Positions 28,655 through 43,431 of a stretch of 64,000 nt of DNA are shown one piece after another. The notes beneath the pieces were generated by a model. That model saw only the letters and a list, made by a program, of their open reading frames with translations, did not search any database and had not been told where the DNA came from. How positions within the stretch are numbered: the first letter of the stretch is position 1; each line of letters starts with the position of its first letter. The DNA comes from Eledone cirrhosa (lineage: Eukaryota): the NCBI GenBank assembly GCA_964016885.1, contig OZ024740.1, positions 115,444,001 through 115,508,000 of the forward strand. The letters are read 5' to 3'. The position numbers and the translations under genes were made by a program.

Positions 28655-29769
28655 AGGGTGGAAGAAAAGTTAAGGAAAGATTTTTAAGAGAAAATATTAA
28701 AGCTACTAACAGAATATTTAAAGGAATGTATGTATATAATTGTCCGGAACGTATTTGCAAGGATATATAGAGAATGAAATAATTATATTTATTTTTATTT
28801 ATTTAATTATTTAATTATATATTTTGGAAGTATTTATAATATAACATGTGAATTATAAATAAATGTGTTAAAGTGAGAGGATATTAATTCAAAATGTGAA
28901 AGGTATCTTATATTTATATATATACTATTGGGTCTATTCTACGGTTGTGTTTTAATATTATGAAGATTGCAGTTATAAGTATATTTTATTATAACAGGTT
29001 AGTTATATATATATAAATAGTTTTGGTGAGTATATATATTATTTATTTAGTAGATAAATAATTATGGTTAGATATAAATAGCTTTATATAAGAGTTATGA
29101 TATGTTGGGCGAAGATATACTCTTTTACTCTTTTACCTGTTTCAGCCATCCGGCTGAGGCCATCATATATGGCTTAAGAATGTGGAAGTAATTCTATTTT
29201 AGTATAGAAGATGAATATTATTTTGTATATTCTATAGTTGTATCAAGATAGAAATAAATTTACGAAATTTCAATATTTATGTAAAGTTTAAATGTTACGT
29301 AAATTTTAGATGTAAACATGCTTCTTTTCAAAGGAAAAGATAACACTAATTTTTATTAGTTTATGGAGTTAAGTTATAGTTATATTTATCGTTTAGTCTC
29401 ATATTTATTTTCAAATTATATTCTAATTGTAGTATATGGAAAAATTATTTTATATATGATTTTAGAGCATCATATACTACATATGTTCCAGGATAAAAAA
29501 TGATATGTATATATTTTGATATCATTACTTATACCTATGTATAAATTTGATAATATTAAGTATTTGTATGTATGCATTTAAAAGACCTATAAAGGCTATT
29601 AGAAAAAAGTTCAACAATCATCAAAAATACCTTCAAGAATATCATTAAAAAACATCACAAAAGAAAACAGCGAAGACATAATTTGTAACTGGGTAAGATA
29701 TAGAGGCTATATATAATATTTTCTATAGATTATAGATACTTTTAAAAGTCTTGGACTGTCGATACAAAC

Positions 29770-31210
29770 AAGAATTAAATAATTATTTCTTTTTGTTTAT
29801 TCTTAGGATTGGTAATTATGTAAAAAATGTCTTCAATACAGAGATGACAAATTCTTGAGAGAGCCATATTCTGGTATGCGGGCGCTTTCGAATTCGTTCT
29901 CCAAGAGATCTAATAGTCAATATTACTGTCTTTTAAGGACCAAATTAAATGTGACAGTGATGTTCAGAATGTTTTGTCCGATCTATTAAATGTGTGTTTA
30001 TGATTATACCAGCGCTCCTTAAATTTTGTAGAAGTGGCTCCTATATAGTTATATAATTTGTCTCTAGTTTTTATGGTGCATTTGTATACTAAGCTTTTAT
30101 CTAAAGAATTATTCTGTGGAGGGCAACATAATTTGTTTCTGCAGTTACATTTTCTAGAGTTGTTGTCTAAAGGAACGGTATGATTATTATAAGTACTGTT
30201 ACTAGTAACATTGTTTGGTTTGGGTTTAATTTTAAGTTCCTATTATTAATTCTATTAATATGTTGTGCTATATTCATAGTAGTAGAGTAAGAGAGTTTGA
30301 TTATATGCCTGTTAAAAATAGAGTGGTATCTATGGGATTTAGGAAAACACTTATCTAACGTCTTGAAAAATAGATTTGCTAAGAGTGTCTTAATTCCTAA
30401 GGAGATTGGAGGAGAATACCAAATAATATTTCTAGTTCTAGCTTTTTTGTTTGATTTACTATTTAGGTTAATTTGCTTATTATTAATATTATAGTAAATT
30501 TTAGAAGGTTTTTGTATACTATTGTTATCTACGTATTTAATGTTATTCATATAACGAGCTCTGTGTAAAGCATCGTTGTAATATTCTGGTTTGTTATCAA
30601 ATATATTTTTATTAGCTGAAATGCGTGATATTCTTTGCTGGACGCTATTGACTATAACATTTTTGACATTTTTAGGTTGGTTAGAATGGAAGCTTACGTA
30701 GTTAAGGTTTTCATTAATCTTATGGAAAGGGTAATATAGGCCTGAGTTAAGGTTTAAAGTAACATCTAAGAAATTAATAATTTTATTATCATTTTCAATT
30801 TCTAATTTAAGGTTTTAATTATTAAAAAATTCTATGATAATTTTCTTTTTCCTACTAAGTTCACTATTGCTATGTTTATCAACTATAAATAATGCATCGT
30901 CGCGATATAAACCTCCGGCAATCTCCGGCAGTTTTCTATGTAATACGTTAAGAATAAATATTCCAACGAGGTCTGTTACCTGCGCTGAGTCAGATGATCC
31001 TATTGTGATATCAAAATTGTACTGTCTATCAGCCCTAGTCCAGAGGTGGTTGTTGAATTCAATAAGAGTTTTATGTGCAGTTAAAATAATGTTTATTTCC
31101 TCGCTAGATAAGTCAGTATGTTTTCATGCGTAAACTAGTACTTTATTAAGTAGATTACGGGTTATTGAAGAATAGTAGTTAGCCAATTCCATTTGTATAA
31201 AATTATTAAT
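29770..31210 (-). mobile_element. Decayed AT-rich Naiad-type PLE (RT plus GIY-YIG)
   Basis: rc motifs ELANYYSSIT, FDITIGSSDSAQVTDLVGI, GGLYRDD, RNIIWYSPP, HRYHSIFNRHIIKLSYS, YIGAT. Confidence 0.9.
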
Positions 31211-31468
31211 ATTATTGATATTATACTCCAGAAGAAAACTTGTTGAGTGCTTCTAATCTGTTATGAATTAAATTTGTTGAATAATCAACAAATTAAATAA
31301 CTCATTGCTTATATATATACATATATATATACATATATGTGCGTGTGGAGAGAGAGAGAGAGAAATATACATAGATGTAATGTGTGTGCGCGGCGCGTCT
31401 ACGTATATATATATATATATAACTATATATGTGTGTGTGTGTGTGTGTGTGCAGGATATCCCATAAAA

Positions 31469-31590
<122 letters not shown>

Positions 31591-31811
31591 GTACATATAT
31601 ATATACGTACATATATGTATACGTACATATATATATACGTACATATATATATACGTATTGTTATACTTTGGGAGGGTCATGTTGCCAATAAGAAACACAC
31701 GCACCAGTTGCTTTCACTTCAATTTATTATAATAAATTTATAATAAATTTATAAATTTATAAATTTATGGTTGGTTGGTTGGTTCCACAACCAGATAGTT
31801 GTTTATATATT

Positions 31812-31854
31812 GTCATAGTTTTTTCGTCACACACTCTGTGACCTCTTCAGTGAC
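31812..31854 (-). ncRNA. Minimal hammerhead (stem III mutated)
   Basis: rc: GTCA CTGAAGA G GTCAC-agagtgt-GTGAC GAA AAAACT A TGAC. Confidence 0.6.
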
Positions 31855-32006
31855 TGGGGATTCCTTTCTTTGTTTCTGTGCCTCTCCTTTGTTCTGTCCT
31901 ACGCCATTTTGTTTCTGTGTGTGTGTTGTGTGCTCAGTCTGCGCATGCGCCACATCCGGGTGTCTGTGTGTGTTTATATTCGTTTATTTATTTGTTTATT
32001 TACATG

Positions 32007-32939
32007 TTACCGGTTGGTTGTTTGTTCTATGTGTGTGTGTGTTTTCATTTTGTCCCAAGTTGTGATGTTGCTGTTCCACTCATATTTTCTATTTAATTTT
32101 GGGTGTAATTCTTTTATGTTTATTGCTTCTGTAATTTGTCTAAACATTGCGTCTTTTCTGTGTGTAGATTCTATTTTTATTTCTATGTTTTCTAATTTAC
32201 CCTTGTGTTCTATTTTAGCATGTTGGTAGAGTACAGATGATTCTTTACTATCTTGAAGGTCTGGCCAGTGTTCATTTATCCGTTCCCCTACACTACGAGC
32301 TGTCTCACCTATGTACACTATATTTTTGTCTCTACATTGTCCTTCACTACATCTTATGCTATACACTACATTTCTAGTTTTACAGTTAATATGGGGGCTT
32401 ATTTTACAGGTTATACATTTCTTATCTATACATGAGGGTCTTTGAAAAGGGTATGTCTTGCTAATAAGTGTTTTTACGGAGGTACCTGGTCTTTCTACTA
32501 TCTTAATATTGAATTTATGTTTATTTAGGGCCCTTCTAAATTTGTAAGGTAATTCACCTCTAGGGGTTGTATCAATGAACATTACACTCTGGTATTTATT
32601 GCTATCATACCATGAGTTTATTCTATTAGCGTTGTTCCTAGTTCTTTCTATTCTATTCCAAAATTTGCTCCTATACAAGGGGCAGGTCCCATTTATGTCA
32701 TTATTTACCATTTTTTCCCATTTGGTTTTGGCTCCTCTATACACTCTGATTTTATCTCTCTGATTGTAGCCAGAGAACTGCATACGGTGGATGAAGTGTT
32801 GTATGTGTCTCTCTAATTCTTCGGGGTTGCACATGCGGGACACGTTTCTCATCACCCGTACCAAATCCGCAATCAGTATGTTGATTTTGATATGGTCCGA
32901 AACGGCCGAGTTTCGGTGGATCAGATGTTTGGAAGTCAT
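32007..32939 (-). CDS. PLE RT thumb, Cys linker and GIY-YIG endonuclease (partial, 310 aa)
   Basis: SGY thumb motif; CITC...C.TRNVVYSIRC...C...YIGETARSVGERINEH; EA..I...P.LNRKYE. Confidence 0.9.
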   Translation of the reverse strand: MTSKHLIHRNSAVSDHIKINILIADLVRVMRNVSRMCNPEELERHIQHFIHRMQFSGYNQRDKIRVYRGAKTKWEKMVNNDINGTCPLYRSKFWNRIERTRNNANRINSWYDSNKYQSVMFIDTTPRGELPYKFRRALNKHKFNIKIVERPGTSVKTLISKTYPFQRPSCIDKKCITCKISPHINCKTRNVVYSIRCSEGQCRDKNIVYIGETARSVGERINEHWPDLQDSKESSVLYQHAKIEHKGKLENIEIKIESTHRKDAMFRQITEAINIKELHPKLNRKYEWNSNITTWDKMKTHTHIEQTTNR

Positions 32940-32973
32940 GGGTTTGGCATAATGGAAATGGAGGATTTGATAC

Positions 32974-33019
<46 letters not shown>

Positions 33020-33108
33020 TTTTACGTTAAATATTTTCCATTTTGACGTTATAGTCACTTATATATTATGAAATACTGTTGGCTTCTTGGTCACATTAAT
33101 TTCTCTTC

Positions 33109-33236
<128 letters not shown>

Positions 33237-33261
33237 GAGAGAATATACGTATTTAGATAAT

Positions 33262-33389
33262 TGTTTCTACTTTTGGCACAAGGCCAGCAATTATCCCAGT
33301 ACATTACTGGTACTTTATTTTATCGACCCCGTAAGGATGAAAGGCAAAGTAAACCTCGGCGGGAATTGAACTCAGATCGTAAAGGGACG
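33262..33389 (-). mobile_element. 5'-truncated Meta-type SINE with an 18-bp target-site duplication
   Basis: TATACGTATTTAGATAAT at 33244-33261 and 33390-33407 flanks the SINE. Confidence 0.88.
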
Positions 33390-33610
33390 TATACGTATTT
33401 AGATAATATTAGTGAAGTAGCGGAACGACAGGGAGCTCAGGTGGTTTCGGCTAGTTACTTCTGTCTGAAAGAAGTAACTAACCGAAACCACGTGAGCTTG
33501 CGATCGATCCTCTACTTCGCTAATACACCTTTTCTGTATCGCTCTATATATTGAGTACTCTATATATTGAGTACTCTATATATTGAGTACTACTCTGATT
33601 TCTAGTTATA

Positions 33611-33654
<44 letters not shown>

Positions 33655-34356
33655 TAATGTATATATATATATAATCTCTATATATATATATATATGTATA
33701 TATATAATATATATAAAGTGCATATATTGATAGAAATATACGTATATGCGTATGTGTATGTGTGTGTGTATGTGTGTGTCTGTGTATGTGTACATATGTG
33801 TCTATATGTATGTGTTTGTGTATGTGTGTGTCTGTCTGTGTGTACATATGTCTATGTGTATGTGTGTGTATGTGTCTGTATGTGTGTATATGTGTATATG
33901 TGTGTGTGTATATGTGTGTATATGTGTATATGTGTGTATATATGTGTGTATGTGTATATATATGTGTGTATATGTGTATGTGTGTAAGTATATATGTGTA
34001 TGTATATATGTGTATGTATATATGTGTGTATGTGTGTGTATATATACATATGTATATGTATGTCTATGTGTATATATGTGTGTGTATATCCTTATATCCT
34101 TTTATTGTTAGTTTTGTTTACTTCTTCAATTTCCATCTTTTTCTTTGTTCACCTTTAATATTTATTTCTCGTTTATTTTTTTCTGGTCCCTTTCATCTTC
34201 CATAAATGTTTGTTTGATTCTTTCCAAACTATCATTACTGTTGTTCTAGCTATTAGTTATCTCACACTTCCTTCTCCATATTTCTTTCACTATTTTTATT
34301 CTTTTTGTTTGTTATTCTCTCTGTGTATTTCATCTTTCATTGCGTTTGTAATATAT

Positions 34357-34407
<51 letters not shown>

Positions 34408-34569
34408 ATGTGTGTGTGTTTGTGTGCGTGTGTGTGTGTGTGTCTGCGCGTGTGTTTGTGTGTCTGCGCGTGTGTTTGTGTGTGCGCGCAGAAGGAGATA
34501 GTGTGTATGTGTGCGTGTGTGTGTGTGTGTCTGCGCGTGTGTTTGTGTGTGCGCGCACGCAGAGGTAGA

Positions 34570-34647
<78 letters not shown>

Positions 34648-35021
34648 GTGTGTGTGTGTGCGTGTGTGTGTGTGTGGAGAGAGAGAGAGATAATGTGTGT
34701 GCGCAGAGGGAGATAGTGTGTGTGTGTGTGTGTGTGTGTGTCCGCGCGTAGAGATAGATAGTGTATGTGTGTATGTAGAGAGAGAGAGAGAGAGAGAGAG
34801 ATTGTGTGTGTGTGCGTAGAGATAGATAATGTATGTGTGCGTATGTGTGTGTGTATGTGTAAGTGTGTGTGTGCATATCTGTGATTGTACGTGTGTGTAA
34901 TGTACACAAAATAAATTATTCAAGTCATACACACAAAAGTAAACTACAGATATCTTTTTACCTTGGATATTATATCGTTACTGAGATATAATCACAAGAA
35001 TGTTGTAAACAAAGCGGAAAT

Positions 35022-35100
35022 GATATTCTATATTAAAGTGCTCAACATATATTCTATATTAAAGGGCTCAACATATATTCTATATTAAAGGGCTCAACAA
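35022..35100. repeat. 26-bp tandem repeat, three copies
   Basis: ATATTCTATATTAAAGGGCTCAACAT repeated. Confidence 0.9.
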
Positions 35101-35185
35101 ATTCACACTTAAAATTCAAAATGCATTATTGTAGTTTCATAGGTGCAGGCCTGACTGGTTAAGAATTTCGCTTCGCAACCATATA

Positions 35186-35370
35186 ATAATTGTTTCTACT
35201 TTTTGGCACGAGGCCAGTAATTACCCAGTACATTACTGGTACTTTATTTTATCGACCCCGTAAGGAAGAAAGGCAAAGTTAACCTCGGCGGGATTTGAAC
35301 TCAGACCATAAAGGGCCGTAACTCTTTGCTGCAAAGCATGGCGTCAGACCCTTTACCGATACTGCCACTC
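35186..35370 (-). mobile_element. Near full-length Meta-type SINE
   Basis: Reverse-complement match to the 28465-28654 family. Confidence 0.88.
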
Positions 35371-35481
35371 ATGATATTGAGATATATCAATTGAGCTTTT
35401 TCTGAGAAATATTATCTATACATATTTTATATGTATTGATTAAACCTAAAATTTAGTTATGTATATATATATATGCGTGTA

Positions 35482-35603
<122 letters not shown>

Positions 35604-37156
35604 ATGGCTGCAAATTCTGCTAACAGTATTGAAATCGCTTGTCAGATTACAGAAAATTGTGCACCTTTAGGCTTCGGCCAGCCACACGAACCTGTAACAG
35701 ATCTTGAATATGTAATGCCTGTGCTTTGAAGGTTTTTTAGGTGAGGAAAAGCCTTGCACTCGACCAATCCCACTCTCTGAGCATCGAAAACACTAGCCGA
35801 AAAGGAGAGACTGGTCAATATTATCGGATGCTCCGCAGGTTTTTTTTCAGAGTTTCCCATAGAAAGGTGTTGTGACAACAACTTTCACTCCCAGGTGAAA
35901 CAAAAAGAAAGAAAAATGTACTTTGGATGGCCGTTGACTCTGCTTTGCCGTGGGTGTGGGTGTTTGTGTGTTTGTGAACCTCCCTCTGTTTATGTATGGT
36001 GACTTCGTGGTTCGTCGAAAATATATATATAAAATAAGTACTAGATTTTGAAAAATAAATATTGAGGCGATGGATATGATCGTTTTTTTTTATATAATGA
36101 CTGAAATCAGTAAAAGAATAATAGAGTATGAAATACATAACTCGGAATATTCATCAAATACATTAATGTTGCATTTCCGTGCAAGATTTAAGAGAAGATT
36201 CAACATACGTGGTAGAGACTTTATACAGCTCTATTGACCATTTTCGTAGACGTTGCATGGAGTTACACTTATATTGATCCACTAATTTCACTATTAAATA
36301 ATAAGTCATTATCAACACAATATTCATAATAAATTTGACTCTATTACAAGTATCAGTACATGTTAGTTGTTATTTATAATTTTATAAGTTAATACAAAAA
36401 CAGCAGATAAAAGGCAGAAACAATAATAGATGCAAAGAAAACAACAAAGCAGATACAAAAAATAGCAGCTATACTAGTTTATTTTTAAATCTGCTGCTGT
36501 TGCTAATTTCTGCAAAACAACGAGAACAGTTACAAAAACACCATGAGCAGAAATGTTTCTAAGACGACCAAAATATTAAAAATACTAACAGTTCCTTCAG
36601 GCTAAAAAGACGTACCAGAAATAGAAAGACGACTGCTGCAAAAGACAAGGATACTGTAAAATTTACGAGTGATTTGTTGGCATGTAGCTCTGAGAAGGCT
36701 TATAGCTTTCATATGGCAAGGCGCCCTTAGCGAAACAGTAACGAGCACAGTAACAACAACAAATACCAATAGAAGCAACAAGTAACAGTTTTTTTTCAAG
36801 AAACAAGATACAAATAAGATGAGTGTCCCTGACATGTGCTTAAGCCAAGTGTAAATAATTTGTTTTCAATTACAATCAGCTCTCCATATTAAAGCCCGGT
36901 ACCATACACAGTAATACTAAAACAAGATTTTTCTGTCCTCAAGCGAAAAATATCATTAAAATATTGACATGAAATGACCTCAATGTCTCAGTAAAAATTT
37001 ATTTTAAAATTCCAATCATCTTTTTAACAAGTTTTAATTTAAACAGAGTTGAAATTATTGTCTCTTTGCGGAAAAGAAGATTGCGAGAAGTTTAGCGAGT
37101 GGCGAAAGATGTATAATGGGAAGAGAAGAGTAATTATTTCTATATATATATAAATG

Positions 37157-37207
<51 letters not shown>

Positions 37208-37228
37208 GTATATATTACGCTCACACAG

Positions 37229-37302
<74 letters not shown>

Positions 37303-37777
37303 CAGAATTTTACCAGTTTTAAACTGGTAAAAGTAAAGGGTGACTATAGAAAGAGTTCGGACCCGACGACTAAGCTCTTGCCGTTTTGACTGGAAATAGC
37401 TGTCGAAACGGCATGGAGCTGTGTGTGTGTGTGTGAGTTTGGAAATAAAAGACTAATTACACACTAATTGTGTGTGTACAGGTGTATGTGTGCAGTCATA
37501 TGTATGTGGATTTGTTTATGATTAACAATTTGTATGTATTTGTTTTATGTCCTAACGTAACTATATGCATATATATACGTCCAAAGCGCCGAACCCTTCT
37601 CTATTTCCTCCTAAATATGATACTAATAAGACTTTGTGTTTTCATCGCTCTATTTGAGTTGTCATTTCTGTAACCATATACCTATATTTATCTGTCTATC
37701 TATTTATTAATATATACATATATACATATATACATCTGTCTATCTATTTATATATACATAAATACATATATACATTT

Positions 37778-37808
<31 letters not shown>

Positions 37809-37849
37809 TACATATAATAGCGTATGAAATACACACATATTTACATACG

Positions 37850-40210
<2,361 letters not shown>

Positions 40211-40358
40211 CGTGTGTGTGTGTGTGTGTGTGCATGTGTGTTTATCTACTTTTATACTTATTCTTTTTCCTTTCCTTCTTCCTTTTCCAGCCTCACTTTC
40301 ATATAGATTATATTTTTGGTTTTTAATATCCACTGTCAATAAATAAACCAGGATTTTC

Positions 40359-40415
40359 TCATTCTGATGATTGAAAGCAAATTTTGTTTGCTTTCAAGAA
40401 ACCACTGGTAAATGA
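40359..40415 (+). ncRNA. Intact minimal type I hammerhead ribozyme
   Basis: TCATT CTGATGA TTGAAAGCAAA-ttttg-TTTGCTTTCAA GAA ACC-act-GGT A AATGA. Canonical core, 11-bp stem II. Confidence 0.9.
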
Positions 40416-40638
40416 ATTAATTATCTTATGTTGTTTATTACATAATTATTAAGCTCTGTAACCTACATAGAGCACTCTTGTTTCCTGGACCTTTCCGACG
40501 GAATTACTTCATTTATACAGCTCCAACCGGGATTGATTGAAGCATATTCTATATTAAATATATGATTGGCACTTTCCAGCCCGATTAGTTGAGCACTCTA
40601 CAGTTTTCAGGAATTTAACCAACATACACCTTTATGAA

Positions 40639-41451
40639 TTGGATTATTCAATCAAAAATATACCTACTCCTTCCAACACAATTTATACCAAACTGCTTAT
40701 AGATAAAATCGAACAAGTCGATAAAAGAATGAGATGGAAGGCTATGGTTTACGATGGACTATTCAGTGCTGATACTAATGATTGTTTTGACATAAAATCC
40801 CGTAAATACCCACCTAGAATTAAAGACATGGCCAACTTCGAATTAGACCTTGTTAATTTAATTAGTGATATCAAATTTCGTAAGTACAATAATAATTTTC
40901 AAACTAAACTTTCTAACGATATTTCTAATTTTAAAAATTCTAAAATCACCAATTCTAATCGTACGAGAATAAATCCAGGATGCAGTTGCAGGAAGCCGGA
41001 TGCATGCCCATTACAGGGCAAGTGTAATACCAAATCCGTTGTATATGAGGTCAAAGTGACACCTTTTATTAATAACCAGCCAGCCAGGAGTGAACGATAT
41101 GTCGGCATGACTCAGGACAGGTTCAAAACCAGGTTTTATGCACATGTCGCTTCTTTTAAACACTCTGATAAAAGAACAGCAACGGTTCTCGCAAATAAGG
41201 TGTGGGAATTCAAAGATAAAAACATCCCGTACTCTATCGATTGGTCTATTTTAGACCATTCGAGGGAATACCAAAGGGGCACAAAGAATTGTTCTTTGTG
41301 TACCACTGAAAAATTTAGGATTCTACAAAACTTGAAAGCCACTTCAACTTGTCTGAACTCCAAGACCGAGATCTTCAGATGTTGTCCTCACCTGAAATCA
41401 CATCTGATCTGTAACTGGATTAACATTCCTACGATTACTCAACCACCTTGA
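40639..41451 (+). CDS. RT-less Naiad-type PLE ORF: N-terminal domain fused in frame to the Cys linker and GIY-YIG endonuclease
   Basis: DYSIKNIP and RMRWKA N-terminal motifs, then CSC....CPL.GKC, VVY, YVGMT, FKTRFYAH, CSLC..EK, LNSKTE..C.H. No YRDD. The annotated start is TTG; the first in-frame ATG is in RMRW. Confidence 0.85.
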   Translation: MDYSIKNIPTPSNTIYTKLLIDKIEQVDKRMRWKAMVYDGLFSADTNDCFDIKSRKYPPRIKDMANFELDLVNLISDIKFRKYNNNFQTKLSNDISNFKNSKITNSNRTRINPGCSCRKPDACPLQGKCNTKSVVYEVKVTPFINNQPARSERYVGMTQDRFKTRFYAHVASFKHSDKRTATVLANKVWEFKDKNIPYSIDWSILDHSREYQRGTKNCSLCTTEKFRILQNLKATSTCLNSKTEIFRCCPHLKSHLICNWINIPTITQPP

Positions 41452-41758
41452 ACTTCTCTGCTCTCTACGCCTTACATCCACTACGATTTTTAGTACTTTC
41501 TGAACTCACTTTCTGTACTCTTATATTCTTTTTCTCCCTTATCTCCCGTTATTTAAACTTTTTCCTATGTTATTTATTTTCCTTATTCCCCCCTACTTTC
41601 TACCTTACCCTTTACATACCCACCTTTTTTATTTATAGATATCTATTTCTGTGTGTATGTATGTATTGTGTATATGTGTATATATGTATATATATATATG
41701 TGTATATAATTGTATATATCTGTATGTATATGTATGTGTGTATACAGTTATATATATA

Positions 41759-41851
<93 letters not shown>

Positions 41852-42086
41852 TTATATGTGTGTGTTTATATGTGTGTGTGTGTATTTTTATTAAGGTGGT
41901 GACGTAACTTTTTGTATATGTGTGTGTATATTAGTGTGTGTGTGTGTGTGTGTATATGTGTATTTTTATATATATGTATATGTTTATATATGTATATATA
42001 TATATATAATAGCCGTCGAAACGACTTGAACTCTGCCGTCGGGGTCATACTTTTTCCTATATGTATATGTATATATATATATATAA

Positions 42087-42142
<56 letters not shown>

Positions 42143-42179
42143 ATATGTATATATGTATATATGTGTGTATTTGTATGGT

Positions 42180-42233
<54 letters not shown>

Positions 42234-42436
42234 GGTATGTGCATAATTACATACAGAGTGATTTAATGTTTATTTTCATTAATTATTTGCTCCAGGAACT
42301 TGTTGAGTGCTCTAAATCAGCTATAAACATTTATACCTTTATCTATTTATTTATTTATTATTTGTCGTATTCCCAACTATTTGTTTACCCCTTCCACCTT
42401 TTTTATTTTTATATTTATATAATATTTATGTATTTT

Positions 42437-42470
<34 letters not shown>

Positions 42471-42594
42471 AGTCTTATACTAGGTTCAATGAATTCATCA
42501 AAGAATGAGTTTTACACACATACATATGTATATATATATATATATATGTATATGTATGTGTGTGTGTATATATGTGTATATATATATATGTTAT

Positions 42595-43203
42595 GTCAGG
42601 TCACCAGCTGGTGCTACTGGTAACATGTATCCCAGTACAACCTGTCTCATGGTCGGGTCGTTGGCGACTAAACTGGCAACCCCACTAAGGTTTCTTGGTG
42701 AGGAGGGTGACTTTGGACATCCTGCAGGACTAAAAACAAAACCTGTCAAAGGGCAAAGGAGCTCTTAAGAGTCAATGGCCATCCAAAATCACAGGGAGAG
42801 ATGACCCCTTAGCCTTTATCAAGGCAGAATTCTAGGAGAAGGAAAACTCTGATATAACACCTGCAACCCTGATGGTATCCAATGATGTTGACTTGTTCTT
42901 CTTTTTGGTAAATATCATCTTGGTTAAGAGAGTGGGACTGGCTTTGTGCAGTGCCTTTGCTCACTATAAAAGCTTCACGGCACAGGCATTGCTTTATATC
43001 TGGAGATCTCTCTGCACTTGTCGTCACATGGTACCATGGGCCTAGCACTATGTGTCAATAATTGTCACAAGTGTAGTGTTTGTACCAGAGTTTTCAAGTC
43101 GCTGGCTGGACTAAAAAGTCACACTCGTTCAGCGCATCAGTAGGGGTTCTCCTACATGGATATAAAGTAGTGGCCGTACTCGAAAACGAGTTGGCAGCCA
43201 CCA
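42595..43203 (+). mobile_element. Bipartite non-autonomous RTE derivative (5' UTR plus 3' end)
   Basis: RTE-like 5' UTR motifs (CTAAACTGGCAACCCC, GGAGAAGGAAAACTCTGA) joined to a C2H2 tail HKCSVCTRVFKSLAGLKSHTRSAHQ* and the 3' hairpin CTCGAAAACGAG; inserted in (TA)n. Confidence 0.65.
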
Positions 43204-43431
43204 TATATATATGTATATATGTGTATATATATATATGTATGTATTTATATATATATATATGTATATGTGTGTGTGTATTTGTGAGTGTGTGTATGTATAT
43301 ATTTATATGTATGTATGTGTATGTGTAAATGTGTGTATTGCTTACCACGTGTGTTTGTTCATTTATTTGTCTCCTTTCCTGTATCGCTGTCAACTTTATA
43401 ATAACTTTTATTTTTATTTTATTTTAGCTTA

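Larger units (their letters stand above)
31657..32970 (-). mobile_element. 5'-truncated Nematis/Neptune-type PLE with pLTR
   Basis: ORF 32007-32939 followed by an HHR-bearing pLTR; (TA)n at both ends. Confidence 0.9.
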
